Below, piece by piece: positions 53,429 through 64,000 of a stretch of 64,000 nt of DNA (its first letter is position 1; each line of letters starts with the position of its first letter). The DNA is from Octopus bimaculoides (lineage: Eukaryota), in contig NC_068991.1 in NCBI RefSeq assembly GCF_001194135.2, positions 74,053,779 through 74,117,778 of the forward strand, read 5' to 3'. The notes beneath the pieces were generated by a model, which had not been told where the DNA came from, did no database searches, and saw only the letters and a list, made by a program, of their open reading frames with translations. The position numbers and the translations under genes were made by a program.

Positions 53429-54065
53429 GCTTTTTTTTTTTTCTCCTTATGGCAACATGTTTTTATAACTAAAGCTGCCAAATGAATTTCTGTCAGGCTG
53501 AGTGTATTTGCATTCCTTGAAAATGTCTCTGATCCAAAGAACCATTGTTGATGCTTATCGTGCTTTCATGTCACTGACTCTATGCATTACCAAGGTAACG
53601 AGAATTCACTTCTCTCTTTGTTGATTGATAATATTGCCACGTGGCATATCAGCCACTTGTCTCAGGAATTAATTACTGTACATAAAAATGAAAGTTAGCT
53701 TTGATTAGTGTAACTAAAGCTCTGACTGTTTCATATCTGGTATCACTGATTATTTCTGTTTTCTGTGTTAAAAAAAATTAAGAAAAAAAAAGTAGCTGTG
53801 ACTCTTAGGTATTGGCTTGTTATAAAATATATCCAGCCTATTAACATAAGTCAAAGGTATTAGCAGGTTTTATTATAGCAGTTTAAAGATTATCTATGCT
53901 TAAGTTGTTAGGGGTATTACTGAAGCAGGTAAATCTTCAATTGTTTTGGATTTCCCTGGTGAATTTTATTGTACGAAAATGATAGTAGTGCATTGTTGTG
54001 CGTTAATTCTAGCTCACTTTTTATTTTCTGTTCTTTTGGTTCTTCTGTTTACTTCCTGGATCTGG

Positions 54066-54109
54066 ATGAGGAAGCAGTGTCCACGGTCATTTCAGGCAAT
54101 CTCAGACCA
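54066..54109 (+). CDS. Weak candidate alternative first coding exon (MRKQCPRSFQAISD-Q)
   Basis: ATG 54066, 14 codons plus CA, donor CA|gtaaga, phase 2. No homology support. Confidence 0.22.
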
Positions 54110-54984
54110 GTAAGATTTTCACCGTTTAATGTTCCTCTCGAACCTTTGTAAGTCGAAACAGATGGGGATGACATGAGCGAGGAAGGAATCCCAGATAGAC
54201 TAACTTTCGGTGGAGGAAGGACTGGGAGATTTGGGATGCCACTAGGTTGCTAGGAGGCGGGAAGATGAGCGGGAAGGAAGTGCTCTGAGAAGCTGGGGCC
54301 ATTATTGTAGTAGATGAAAAGGCAGAGAGAGAGGACACAGCACACTTATGAATCAGAAGATGATGGAGTGGTTTCATGCCAATCAGTCAGGTGGTCCCTT
54401 TCTGGATGCAGTCCAGGATGTCTGATTGTGGAGCAGCTGCAGAACATTCAAATACACATCAAGACAATATTCTTGTGGTAATCCAAAGGCCCCCTCCCTC
54501 CTAAAAAGAACTACATGTTCTATTGCAGTTTTGTTTCGAAACAGACACACACATATGGTACCGGTTAGTTGTCTAACCCTGCAGCCTAAATTTATTGTGC
54601 AGTAATTATAAAATTTGTGTTGATTGGGACTTTGTTTAATTGCTTATTCGGCCGTGTTGCCTTGTTACCCTTAAACTCCCGTCAAAATAACATTAGACTC
54701 CTTATATTGATAAACCTAAAACCAAGATTGAAATAATTTTGGAAAATAACTTCCAAGGTTTCTTCTTTGCTTAGCCTCACCCCCTCCTCCTTCCTCCTCC
54801 TCATGTTATTCCCATTTATCTCTAATTACTGTTGATTATATACTTCCAAAGATAATCCTTTAATTATTTTGACTTTGATCCTCCCTCACTCTTAATGCCT
54901 TTTTTATTTTTGTTTTTATTTTTAATCTTTATTTTGTACAAGAAACTGCTTGTTTTGAGATATTTGTATAAGGGCATTGACATT

Positions 54985-55347
54985 GATTTACAATTCTTTT
55001 ATTTGACTGTGGCCATGCTGGAGCACTGCCTTTGGTCGAACAAATTGACCCCAGGGCTTATTCTTTGTAAGCTTAGTACTTATTCTACCAGTCTCTTTTG
55101 CTGAACTGCTAGGTTACAAGGACGTAAACGCACTAACATCGGTTGTCAAGTGATGGTGGAGGGACAAACACAAACATATATATACAACAAGCTTCTTTCA
55201 GTTTCCGTCTACCAAATCCACTCACAAGGCTTTGGTTGGCCCGAGGCTATAGTAGAAAACACTTGCCCAAGGTGCCATGCAGTGGGACTGAACCTGGAAC
55301 CATGTGGTTGGTAAGCAAGCTACTTACCACACAGCCACTCCTGCACC
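54985..55347 (-). mobile_element. SINE family A (young, near consensus)
   Basis: Head nearly identical to 1-219. Confidence 0.9.
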
Positions 55348-55367
55348 TTGATATTTAACAACAGTTA

Positions 55368-55600
55368 GGGCGGTGAGCTGGCAGAATCGTTAGCATGCTG
55401 GGCGAAATGCTTAGTGGTATTTTGCCTGCCGTTACATTCTGATTTCAAATTCTGCCGAGGTCGACTTTGCCTTTAATCCTTTCAGGGTCGATTAAATAAG
55501 TACCAGTTATGCACTGGGGTCAATGTAATCGACTTAAACCCTTTGTCTGTCTTTTTTTGTCCCCTCTATGTTTAGTCCCCTGTGGGCAATAAAGAAATAA
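55368..55600 (+). mobile_element. Full-length SINE family B
   Basis: 16-bp target duplication atatttaa(c/t)aacagtt at 55351-55366 and 55601-55616. Confidence 0.9.
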
Positions 55601-56631
55601 ATATTTAATAACAGTTCTTCTAAAGTCATTCGCTGTTCTGTGGGAATTAGGTTTGTGTTGATCCAACTTGGTTGCCACTTTTGTGGTTTTTCTTTTTCCT
55701 ATTTTTTTCTATTTCGTTATCACTTGGAACTCTTCAATTTTTCAAATTTGTTTTTTCCATTCTAGCATGGGTTTTAGCATGTGCAATTGCCAGATACATA
55801 TATTTATATATAATTATTATTTTAAAGCTTTTCCTGTAAATATTCATTCATATCTGTTTGTTCTTGTTAGCTGGCATTTGAGATAGTGTGTTTCTTTTCC
55901 AATAGTTTCTAAGCAAGAGATAAAAATATTTCATATTAATCTTGTATGTAGCAGCATATCAAACTGAAATTACAAAAAAAAGAGAAAGCCAAGTTTTGTT
56001 TGTGAATTTCGCATGGAAGCTAAATTTACTCAAATTGGCTGTTGATTTTGGTTCATTTAAAAAAAAAAAAGTACATCTTAATAAATATTTCAAGTGCAGA
56101 AATAGCTTTCAGATAGTGTTTTAATCTTTTTTGGATTGTTCCTTTGAATTATATTCTTTGGGTAAATTTGTTAAGATCCCTTTTCTGTTTGGTAAAGTTA
56201 TGGAACATTTATGAGCATGCTCTGTCTGTCTCTCTCTCTCTCAATACACACACACACACACAGCTTAGTTATTAGGGTTTTTTGATACCAGCCTGTCCAT
56301 GACTGTCCTTAGTTCTATGACAGAAACAGGTTTGAAAAGAATCTAAGCTAAAATCTTCCATCAAAATTTCATGGTAATATTTCAAACACAAGCATAATAA
56401 TGGTTATTCAAGCAAATTTTTAATTTCTCAAACTCTCTTAGCTATGTATATCAACAGTGGAGTTAAAGAGATTATATAGTTAGCCTAAGGATTAATTTTA
56501 TTATCTTTCTTACACAAAAGAGTTTGTGGCAATTGAATATGGCAGACACAAGGAGTGGGTGTGCAACTGGTTGAATTGGGGGTTTCTTTTACTCTAGATT
56601 GCTGAAAAAGAAAATTATGTTTTCATTGCAG

Positions 56632-56703
56632 ATGTTTTGCTGATAATTATCAAAGTATGAAGAATATAAACCATAGTTGGCACTCACAGGCACATGTTAT
56701 TTG
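56632..56703 (+). CDS. Candidate SRPK cassette exon, 72 nt, phase 2-2 (CFADNYQSMKNINHSWHSQAHVI-W)
   Basis: Acceptor tatgttttcattgcag|A and donor TG|gtaaca; open and frame-preserving. Confidence 0.35.
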
Positions 56704-58144
56704 GTAACATTTGTGCCATGCGTTTGTTCGTTGTTTTAGGTGTTGGTTCTCAACTGAAGTCCGTAAAAATTTTTTAGGGATCTATGAGTATTTTAAGGGT
56801 GCATTGTTTTGGATGTAGTTATTGCAAGAAATGGCTAGATTTCTTTCTCTGGTGTTTTACATAGTTTAACATGTTTCTTTTCTGCTATAGGCACAAGGTC
56901 TCAAATTTGGTGGGAGGTGGGGAGGAGACCAGTCGATTAGATTGACCCAGTATGCAACTGGTATGTGAGCTGGATCTGGCTAGTTTAAATGCTAATGAAA
57001 TATTGGAGCAAAAACATGGTACTGTGAGAAGTGTGGTGCCAATAGAAGTGTAGAGAGGTTAGTGCACCAAATAGGTTTTATTGTAGTTTGTTTTGTTTTT
57101 TATTCAAGAGGAAAGGCAGCGACCATGACTCTTCAGGGCTTCCGAGATAAGTGGTTGGGGTTCACGGTGGAGGAAAGTATTCTCAAAAGCAAACTCCTAG
57201 CCTGAAGACTCTGCTACTGGTGCCCATGGTGCTAGGCAGTGGTTTTTAAACTGAATGATGGCTTTGAGTCGAGTCATTGTATTAAGAGTAGAGTATACAG
57301 TGAAAGTTTAGTCAATAGTTGGAGGCTATTGATGTGTGAGCTTTTCTAAGCAGCTTTAGTGTGGAGATGGCTTTTGCTAGAGATGATCAGATATCTCGCA
57401 TTATATAAAACAGTTTTTATAGATCGAGGTCTGTGGCTTTTGCTTCACACCATGGCTAGCTGGCTATGGTTAATAATCACTGGAAGAGAATTTTGAAATA
57501 AAGATTTTCTCAGTAATGGATTTTTTTAAATGTCCAGTGTATGTGTTTGTGTGTTGTTTACGTAGAATTGTTGTTAATTGAAAAGAGAGTTGGAAGATTA
57601 TAGCATAGAATATTTTCTTTTGCCTCGCCTCCCCCCGCCATGAAATATGAACAATTCTTGCATTGATAAACAGTTATTGAATTGCTGTATCTGCCTGCTG
57701 TGTGGGTTAGCAACCAAGTACAAGGACTTAGTGAAGGACATACTAAAAGTTATATTTACCACTTAGTATGGATTATCTATGACATCATGTTAGTCTTTTT
57801 TTGTTTGTTTGTTTGTTTTCCTTTTTGCATTCATTATAGGAAAATAAATTCAGCTTTGATTTTTATTATTTTTTTTTTGTTAAAGAATATTTGTTAAATT
57901 ATGGTCTTGGTTTTGTGGTTTTTACATGAAATATAGTTTTCAGAAAATAAATTGTATCTCTGGTTCTCCCCACCACCAAATTCAATTTTAAATTTATTTT
58001 TCACTTGATGAGGTGTTTTGCCTGTTCTCTTCTCCTTCCCACCCCAAAGATAGTCCTTAAGTAGACCAAAATAAATGTCTCACTCCCCCCAAATTACAAT
58101 GTGTAGGTTATTGCTAAACAAACTTCTTTTCTGATCTTACACAC

Positions 58145-58184
<40 letters not shown>

Positions 58185-58780
58185 CTATAATTTGCTTTAA
58201 GATATTAATATGGGAAGCAATAGCCTGGCACAGTTACTACTTTCTTAATAATGCTTCATAATGTTTTTTGTAGAAGAATTAGGGTCGTTATTTCTTGAAT
58301 TTTTGGCTAATTAACATTTTGCTGTTTTTTCTTTTCCCTTTACTTTCTGTATTTTTTTGTTTTTTCTTTTTCTGCATTACCTTCTTGGCATTGGCATTAA
58401 TTTCTATGATCTATTTATATATGCTAGATATTGGCTCCTGTTTCCTCTCCTTTGCCCTCCCTTCTCTATATTTCTTGTTCGTTTGGTGATAAATTGTTGG
58501 ACAGATTCACATCATTTATTAAGGCAAAAGAAAGTAATTTCTAAAAATGGAACTGAAAAGACAGATCAAAGTGGCTTGCTCTCAACAAGTTATGAATGAT
58601 TCTTGTGTCTACTTTATTAATTCTTAGTCTTTCTCTCCCTCCTTCACCCCCCCTCTTTTTCCTTGCCTCATAGACTATTGATTAAAAAAAAAATGTGAAG
58701 CAATCTTCGAGTGGTTTTTGAAATAGTACCTTTGAATAAATAATAAAGCTTCATATTTTCTTCCTAATCTCTCTTACCAG

Positions 58781-58846
58781 ATCATTTAAAGAGAAGAGTT
58801 GAGTCGACAGTAATTTTAATGCTAGTCATATGCGAGCTCCTCACAA
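58781..58846 (+). other. Candidate 66-nt phase 2-2 exon with in-frame TGA (58800-58802) and a downstream in-frame ATG (58830, MRAPH-K)
   Basis: Acceptor ttcttcctaatctctcttaccag|A and donor AA|gtaaat. Reads SFKEKS*VDSNFNASHMRAPH. Confidence 0.35.
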
Positions 58847-60424
58847 GTAAATGGGGCTTTTGTGTTCACGTGTAAATGTTCCTCATTTCAGAGTTTCCAT
58901 TTTTGCTCTCCACTTTTCAAAGCATTCTATTTCTAGATATTTCATACTAAAAGATTTTTAATGCAGTTAATAAGCAGATGCTACTTCTAATGACGATGGA
59001 ATTACTGTAATTCTAATCAATAAATTTATATTGATGACCAGTAACTGTACAGTCATCTCCTCCTCATGGTGAACGTGCTGTCCTAGGAATTCTGCTATCT
59101 TCCTTTTAACACAAAAAGCGCAATGGGCCACGATCGTGGCCGTCAGGCACTGGTCGACAGACCATGATTGTGGCCGTCAGGCACCGGTCGACAGGCCACA
59201 CTCATAGCCCAGATAGATGCATTTAATTTATGGGCGTTTGTTGGGGTCTAATGTCACTCAAAAAGCTCCGATTGCTCCTAGAACGTACCCCTTTGAGGCA
59301 CAAGTCCAGGCAAGGTTATTTATGGGAGACCAGCGATCACCCATGCATACCAACCTCCCCTCTCTATGCCACTGATGTTATCCAAGGGGCTGATACAGCT
59401 TGGCACTAGTGACATTGCAACCCATTTCTACAGCCGAGTGAACTGGAGCAACATGAAATAGTGTCTTGCTCAAGAACACAGCACACTGCCTGGTCTGGGA
59501 ATCAAACTCACTACCTCGTGATAGTGAGCCCAGTGCTCTAACCACTGAGCCATGTGAGATGTATGTATCAGGGTTCCATACAGTTTCTTTCTAGCAATTA
59601 AACTCACAAGGCATTGGCCTAAAGAGCCACACAATGTGAGAGAACTTGCATCCATGGGAATGTGAAGAGACCTCATTATTCTCATATAAAAGCTTTGATG
59701 TTACAGTTTATATTTTATTGTTATAAAAATATTATTAACATTTTATTTCGGATTAAGTCCCTCTCCCCTCCTCCTTCTCATCCATTGGGCCCTGCAAACA
59801 TTTTGATATTTACTTGCAGTTCTACCTGATACCTTAAATTCTCACCTAGTTTCGTTTTAAACCTGGTGTTCAGACTATTTGTGCAAAGCTGCTTATTTAT
59901 TGCAATACTTTTATTTGCAGGGGAATAAAAAGAATAATGAAGCATGAAATGTCTGAAAGTCGTCTTAATCTAGATTGATGTATTCTAGATTATGTGATTG
60001 ATGTATTTTGGATTGCTTGGTGAATTTTGTTTCTGATTCTTGATGTAGAAAATTGTATTTAGTTTTAGACTCATTTCTAACTACTTATTGCTAAATTGGT
60101 TGGCATAACTGGGAAGCCTTAGCCTCTGTCTGTCTGTCTCTCTCTCTCCAAGTATATGGTCTCTGGTTCAGTTTTACTGTTTGACATTTTGAGTAAATGT
60201 CTTCTCTAGCCATTTTTACTCTGCACACTCCATCCCCTCAGTCCTGCATCTCTGATGAGTTATCTGTATACGTTGTGTTTAGACGACCAGCTTGAGTATG
60301 GCCGTGTTTTGGCATCCATAGCAGTGGGCCACTAGCCAGCTCTTGTTTAGTTTGCCAGCGTTGTCCTGCAAAGCACAATTGTCTTTCCCTTAGGAGATGT
60401 CCATACAGCTGTTTCTAATTTATT

Positions 60425-60585
60425 GTTTGCATTTGGTTGCATGGTTTAGAAACTCACTTTGTAACCATGTGGCCTAGGGTTCAATCCCATTGCATGGCAA
60501 TTTGGGTGAGTGTCTTTCTACTATAGCCTTGGTCTGACCAGTGCCTTGTGAGTGAGTTTGGTACGTGAAAACTGGAATCTTGGCC

Positions 60586-60647
<62 letters not shown>

Positions 60648-61440
60648 AATATATTCTTTTCTAGTCTAGGCACAAGGCCCGAAGTTTTGGGGGAGGAGGC
60701 CAGTCGATTAGATCAACCCCAGTATGTAACTGGTACTTAATTTATCAGCCCTGAAAGGATGAAAGACAAAGTTGACTTTGGCGGAATTTGAACTCAGAAC
60801 GTAAAGACAGACGAAATACTGCTAAATGTTTTGCCTGGCATGCTAACAATTCTGCCAGCTCGCTGCCTTTCAAACAATATATTGTCTGACCCATATCAGT
60901 ATTGAATGTGGCTGTTAAATGATGATGATGATGTATCTTTATATCTGTGAGTGTTTGGGGAGGACGCTCCACTGCTTGGCAACCTGTGTTGGTTTGTTAT
61001 GTCCCTATAATTTAGCAGTTTAGTAAAAGAAACTGATAGAATAATTAGTTGACTTTGAAAATAAATACTGGGTGTGATCTGTTTGACCAAACCCTTCCAG
61101 GTAGTGCCCCAGCATGACCACAGTCCAATGACTAAAACTTGTAAAAAATGGTTGCTTGCTCTGCTGCGGCCATGTGATTCACCTCTATGACCCCATTGCT
61201 ATGGCCGTTCAGCAAGAATATTCTGCTCTGCTGTAGCCTTGAGTTGGTCAGTACCTTTTTGAGTGGAATTTAGCAGACAGATTGTATAGAAGCCTATCGT
61301 GTGTGTCGGAGAGTTCGACTTGGTCATTCAACTCATAAAAACTGGGGTGAGGGGAGGAAAGGGTCAATATGATTGACTAAAGCCCCTGAAAGCAGTACCT
61401 CAGTGTGGCCCCAGTCTAATGACTGGAACCAACCAAAGAA
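60425..61440. mobile_element. SINE cluster: A(+) 60425-60640, B-variant(-) 60655-60868, A tail(+) ~60900-61140, A(+) ~61240-61440
   Basis: Family motifs. Confidence 0.7.
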
Positions 61441-61696
61441 TATACAGATGTTCCAATTTGGGGCTTTGTGTTCTTCCTCAGTTTACATTAATCTCTGCAG
61501 GGGGTCAGTATTCTGTTTTTGATCCTTCAGGTGTGTATAATTAATGAATCCTTAGTGAATTCCTTGCTCTTTTCTATTAGGTTGATTAGTTCCAAGCCAT
61601 CCTTGATTGAACAGACCCCTAATCATTGTGACAACAAACCCGACATTGTATATTTAGCACTGCAATACCCAATATGCTCATCTTTTTCCCTTTTTT

Positions 61697-61797
61697 TTTT
61701 TAAATCCCTTTTCCTTTTTTTAAATCCCTTTTCCTTTTTTTAAATCCCTTTTCCTTTTTTATAAATCCCTTTTCCTTTTTTTTTAATCCCTTTTCCT
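61697..61797 (+). repeat. Pyrimidine-rich minisatellite, about 5 x 21-22 bp (ttttaaatcccttttccttt)
   Basis: Direct reading. Confidence 0.9.
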
Positions 61798-62371
61798 TTC
61801 CAGATGACAATGTGTTTCGAGGGAGATTTTCTTGTTAATTCTAGCAAAGAGGCTTTCGTTCTTTGATGTCTCTGATATTTTTCAATAGTAAAAATGTTGC
61901 AGGCTTTCAGTTAAAATGGCTGGGGTCATTATCCTTGAATTTTTAATTAGTAAGCTTAAGATTGCTTTTTAGTGCTTTATTGTGCTCTGAAGAATGGGAA
62001 GAAAATTTCCTGTCACTCACAATATTGCATTTGCTCATTTGCTTAATCATTCAATATTACCAGATTTTCAGTGAAAAGCTGCAGAAAATTTTTAATTGCT
62101 GATAATTTATTATTTTTTTCCCATTTTATTATTATTTTTATTGTTTTTCATTTGAGACTGGAACTTCTTAATGATTGTGTTAGAGATGATATTTTTATAT
62201 GTCTTGATATAACCTTCAAAGTGTTTGAGTTTTACTCCCCCCTAAAGCTTGTTACCGAGGATTAGTTAAGCCTGATCTAATAAAACCATTTCATTCTACG
62301 TATTTGCTTTGAATGTCCTCACTTCTTTATTAAATGCTACATTTTCCCCCGACTTCTTTTCTGTGTTAAAG

Positions 62372-62475
62372 GTCTGCTGATACACACAAGTCTTGTGACC
62401 CCGTGTATGAAGATGAAGAAGAAATCCTTGGGTCAGATGATGATGAACAAGAAGATCCTCGCGATTACGTAAAAG
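62372..62475 (+). CDS. SRPK: SRPK (SRSF protein kinase) common N-terminal exon, phase 2 to phase 1, immediately before the kinase domain
   Basis: Acceptor ttctgtgttaaag|G and donor AAAG|gtaaac. The 104 nt read (x)SADTHKSCDPVYEDEEEILGSDDDEQEDPRDYVK(G), matching the SRPK1/2 motif EEEILGSDD(D/E)EQEDPxDYCKGGYH. The next exon (GYHPVKIG...) was not found before 64000. Confidence 0.95.
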
Positions 62476-62999
62476 GTAAACTAATTACTACTCAGATTAG
62501 GAAGAACTTTGCCATTCCACGAGACACAAATGGGCAGAAAAACTGGACAGTTGTTCTTGAAGTGGTCATAACTAAGAAATGAAATTCAGCTTTAATCGCT
62601 GTGTTAGTCAAAGCAGGAATAATTTTATAATTCATCTTGGGCCTTTAACATGTCTGACATGGATTTGATCTGATAGGGTCCAGGTAACATATACTCATGC
62701 GTTATTAGTTAATAAACAAACTTGGTACCTTTGAGTAATTTTTCTCTCGTAATCTATTCTTTGACGAGTTTGTTCTCTGTTATGAATACATAGGACAAAT
62801 GTAACATGACCAGTACATCTGAAAGGTATGTTGAAATATTGAAAATGGTAAAATTTAAATTCATGTTATTACCTGGCTTTAGAAAATCTCCTTCCATTAA
62901 TTTCGTCTGACCCATGCCAGCAGTGAAAAGTGGATGATATGATATTCTCTCACTTTTTTCTTCGTTAAACGATTTGCCATGACCTGTAAAAATCCTTTC

Positions 63000-63183
63000 T
63001 ATTATAGTCTTGTGGCCTGAAATTAGATCGACCCCAGTACACAATTGGTACTTAATTTATTGACCCCGAAAGGATGAAAGGCAAAGTCGACCTTAGTGGT
63101 ATTTGAACTCAGATCGTAGCAACATGCGCAATATCGCTAAGCATTTCGTCCAGTGTGTTAAAGATTCTGCCAGCTCACCGCCT
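63000..63183 (-). mobile_element. SINE family B
   Basis: gatcgaccccagt...ccccgaaaggatgaaaggcaaagtcgacc...ctgccagctcaccgcc. Confidence 0.85.
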
Positions 63184-64000
63184 TTTCTGCCTGTCCAAAC
63201 AAATTTAACATGTTTTGTAGATCTTTATTATTGAATGAAAATTAGATACATTGTGAGGAGAATGTTTTGAAAGCAATGAGATACAAACTCCATAACTAAC
63301 AATAAACATTAGAAAAAGCTTAAGAAAATAAAGTTTCACTTAAAATATTGTAAAGAATTTTTGAGTGACACCTGCTGGGTTCGGCTGCTCTACATTGATA
63401 AGGGGCAAATACCCTGAAATTAGTCTGTAGATGCCAAACCAGCAAAGGGAAGCGGCTGACCTACCCTATTCGAAGGTTATAATGGACACAGGTTCGTGTG
63501 TCACATAGCTAGCTAGAGGCAATACCCTCTTGGAGCTAATCCATGGCAGCATTCGTCCTATTTTTTGGACTGCCATGTTGGCTTGGCAATAACTATTGAA
63601 ATAAAAGGTATTTTGTGTTTAAACGAAGGTAAGCAGATATGAAATATAAGGAGTATCTGTATGAGAACCTTGGATACTGCACTGTGTTATCTCTTCTGGC
63701 TGCTTTTTATGTTGTAATTGACTTAGATGTTTGTGGTTCAGTTCTAGGGTAACCCAACAGTGAACTCAATTTAAAACTATATCAGTTCCTTTCAGAAACT
63801 CGTCTTGGCCCCTCTGCATTCAGATTAACTCTGTCAGATGTCCTACTTATTTATTTCATGTTCTTGTGAATGAATCCCACATTATCTCATAGCTTTGAAA
63901 TTTTGAGTTTGTGATTGTTTATTTTTTAAAATGACATTGGAGCGGAGGTGTAAGGGCCCCAGATCTGGTCTGTTTGAACAAAAAAACTGCTGGAGTATTT

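Noticed and set aside
53497-53594. Exon-like segment with ORF MSLIQRTIVDAYRAFMSLTLCITK and donor gtaacg
   Set aside because: Phase 0; the SRPK-compatible frame has a stop and no later ATG.
57109-57150. 42-nt phase 2-2 open exon candidate with gcgaccATG (MTLQGFRD-K)
   Set aside because: Donor gtggtt is weak; kept out pending RNA evidence.
62476-64000. Search for the next SRPK exon (GYHPVKIGD...WGHFSTVW)
   Set aside because: Not present in the window; the gene must continue downstream.

Overview
AT-rich animal intronic DNA, almost certainly octopus. This is inferred from the tRNA-derived SINE families, RTE-type LINE tails and (TA)n/(CA)n microsatellites; two N gaps and a leftover Illumina adapter indicate a short-read assembly. 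The window holds the 5' part of a + strand SR-protein kinase (SRPK) gene. One exon is unambiguous (62372-62475, EEEILGSDDDEQEDPRDYVKG, just before the kinase domain, which lies beyond 64000). Upstream are a phase-symmetric coding exon (40206-40268) and several candidate alternative first or cassette exons that end in phase 2, the phase the common exon needs. The rest is SINEs, TTAA-flanked piggyBac-type MITEs, a decayed RTE LINE with a PHD-like finger inside its RT, and microsatellites. Highlights: the multi-promoter N-terminal exon array of SRPK, a fold-back pair of Penelope-type hammerhead ribozyme motifs (24.6-24.9 kb), a ~200-bp near-perfect inverted repeat (13.3/15.7 kb) and a frame-preserving exon with an in-frame UGA (58781-58846). 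All exon calls except 62372-62475 rest on splice signals and phase only and need RNA-seq. Repeat boundaries and identities were judged by eye.
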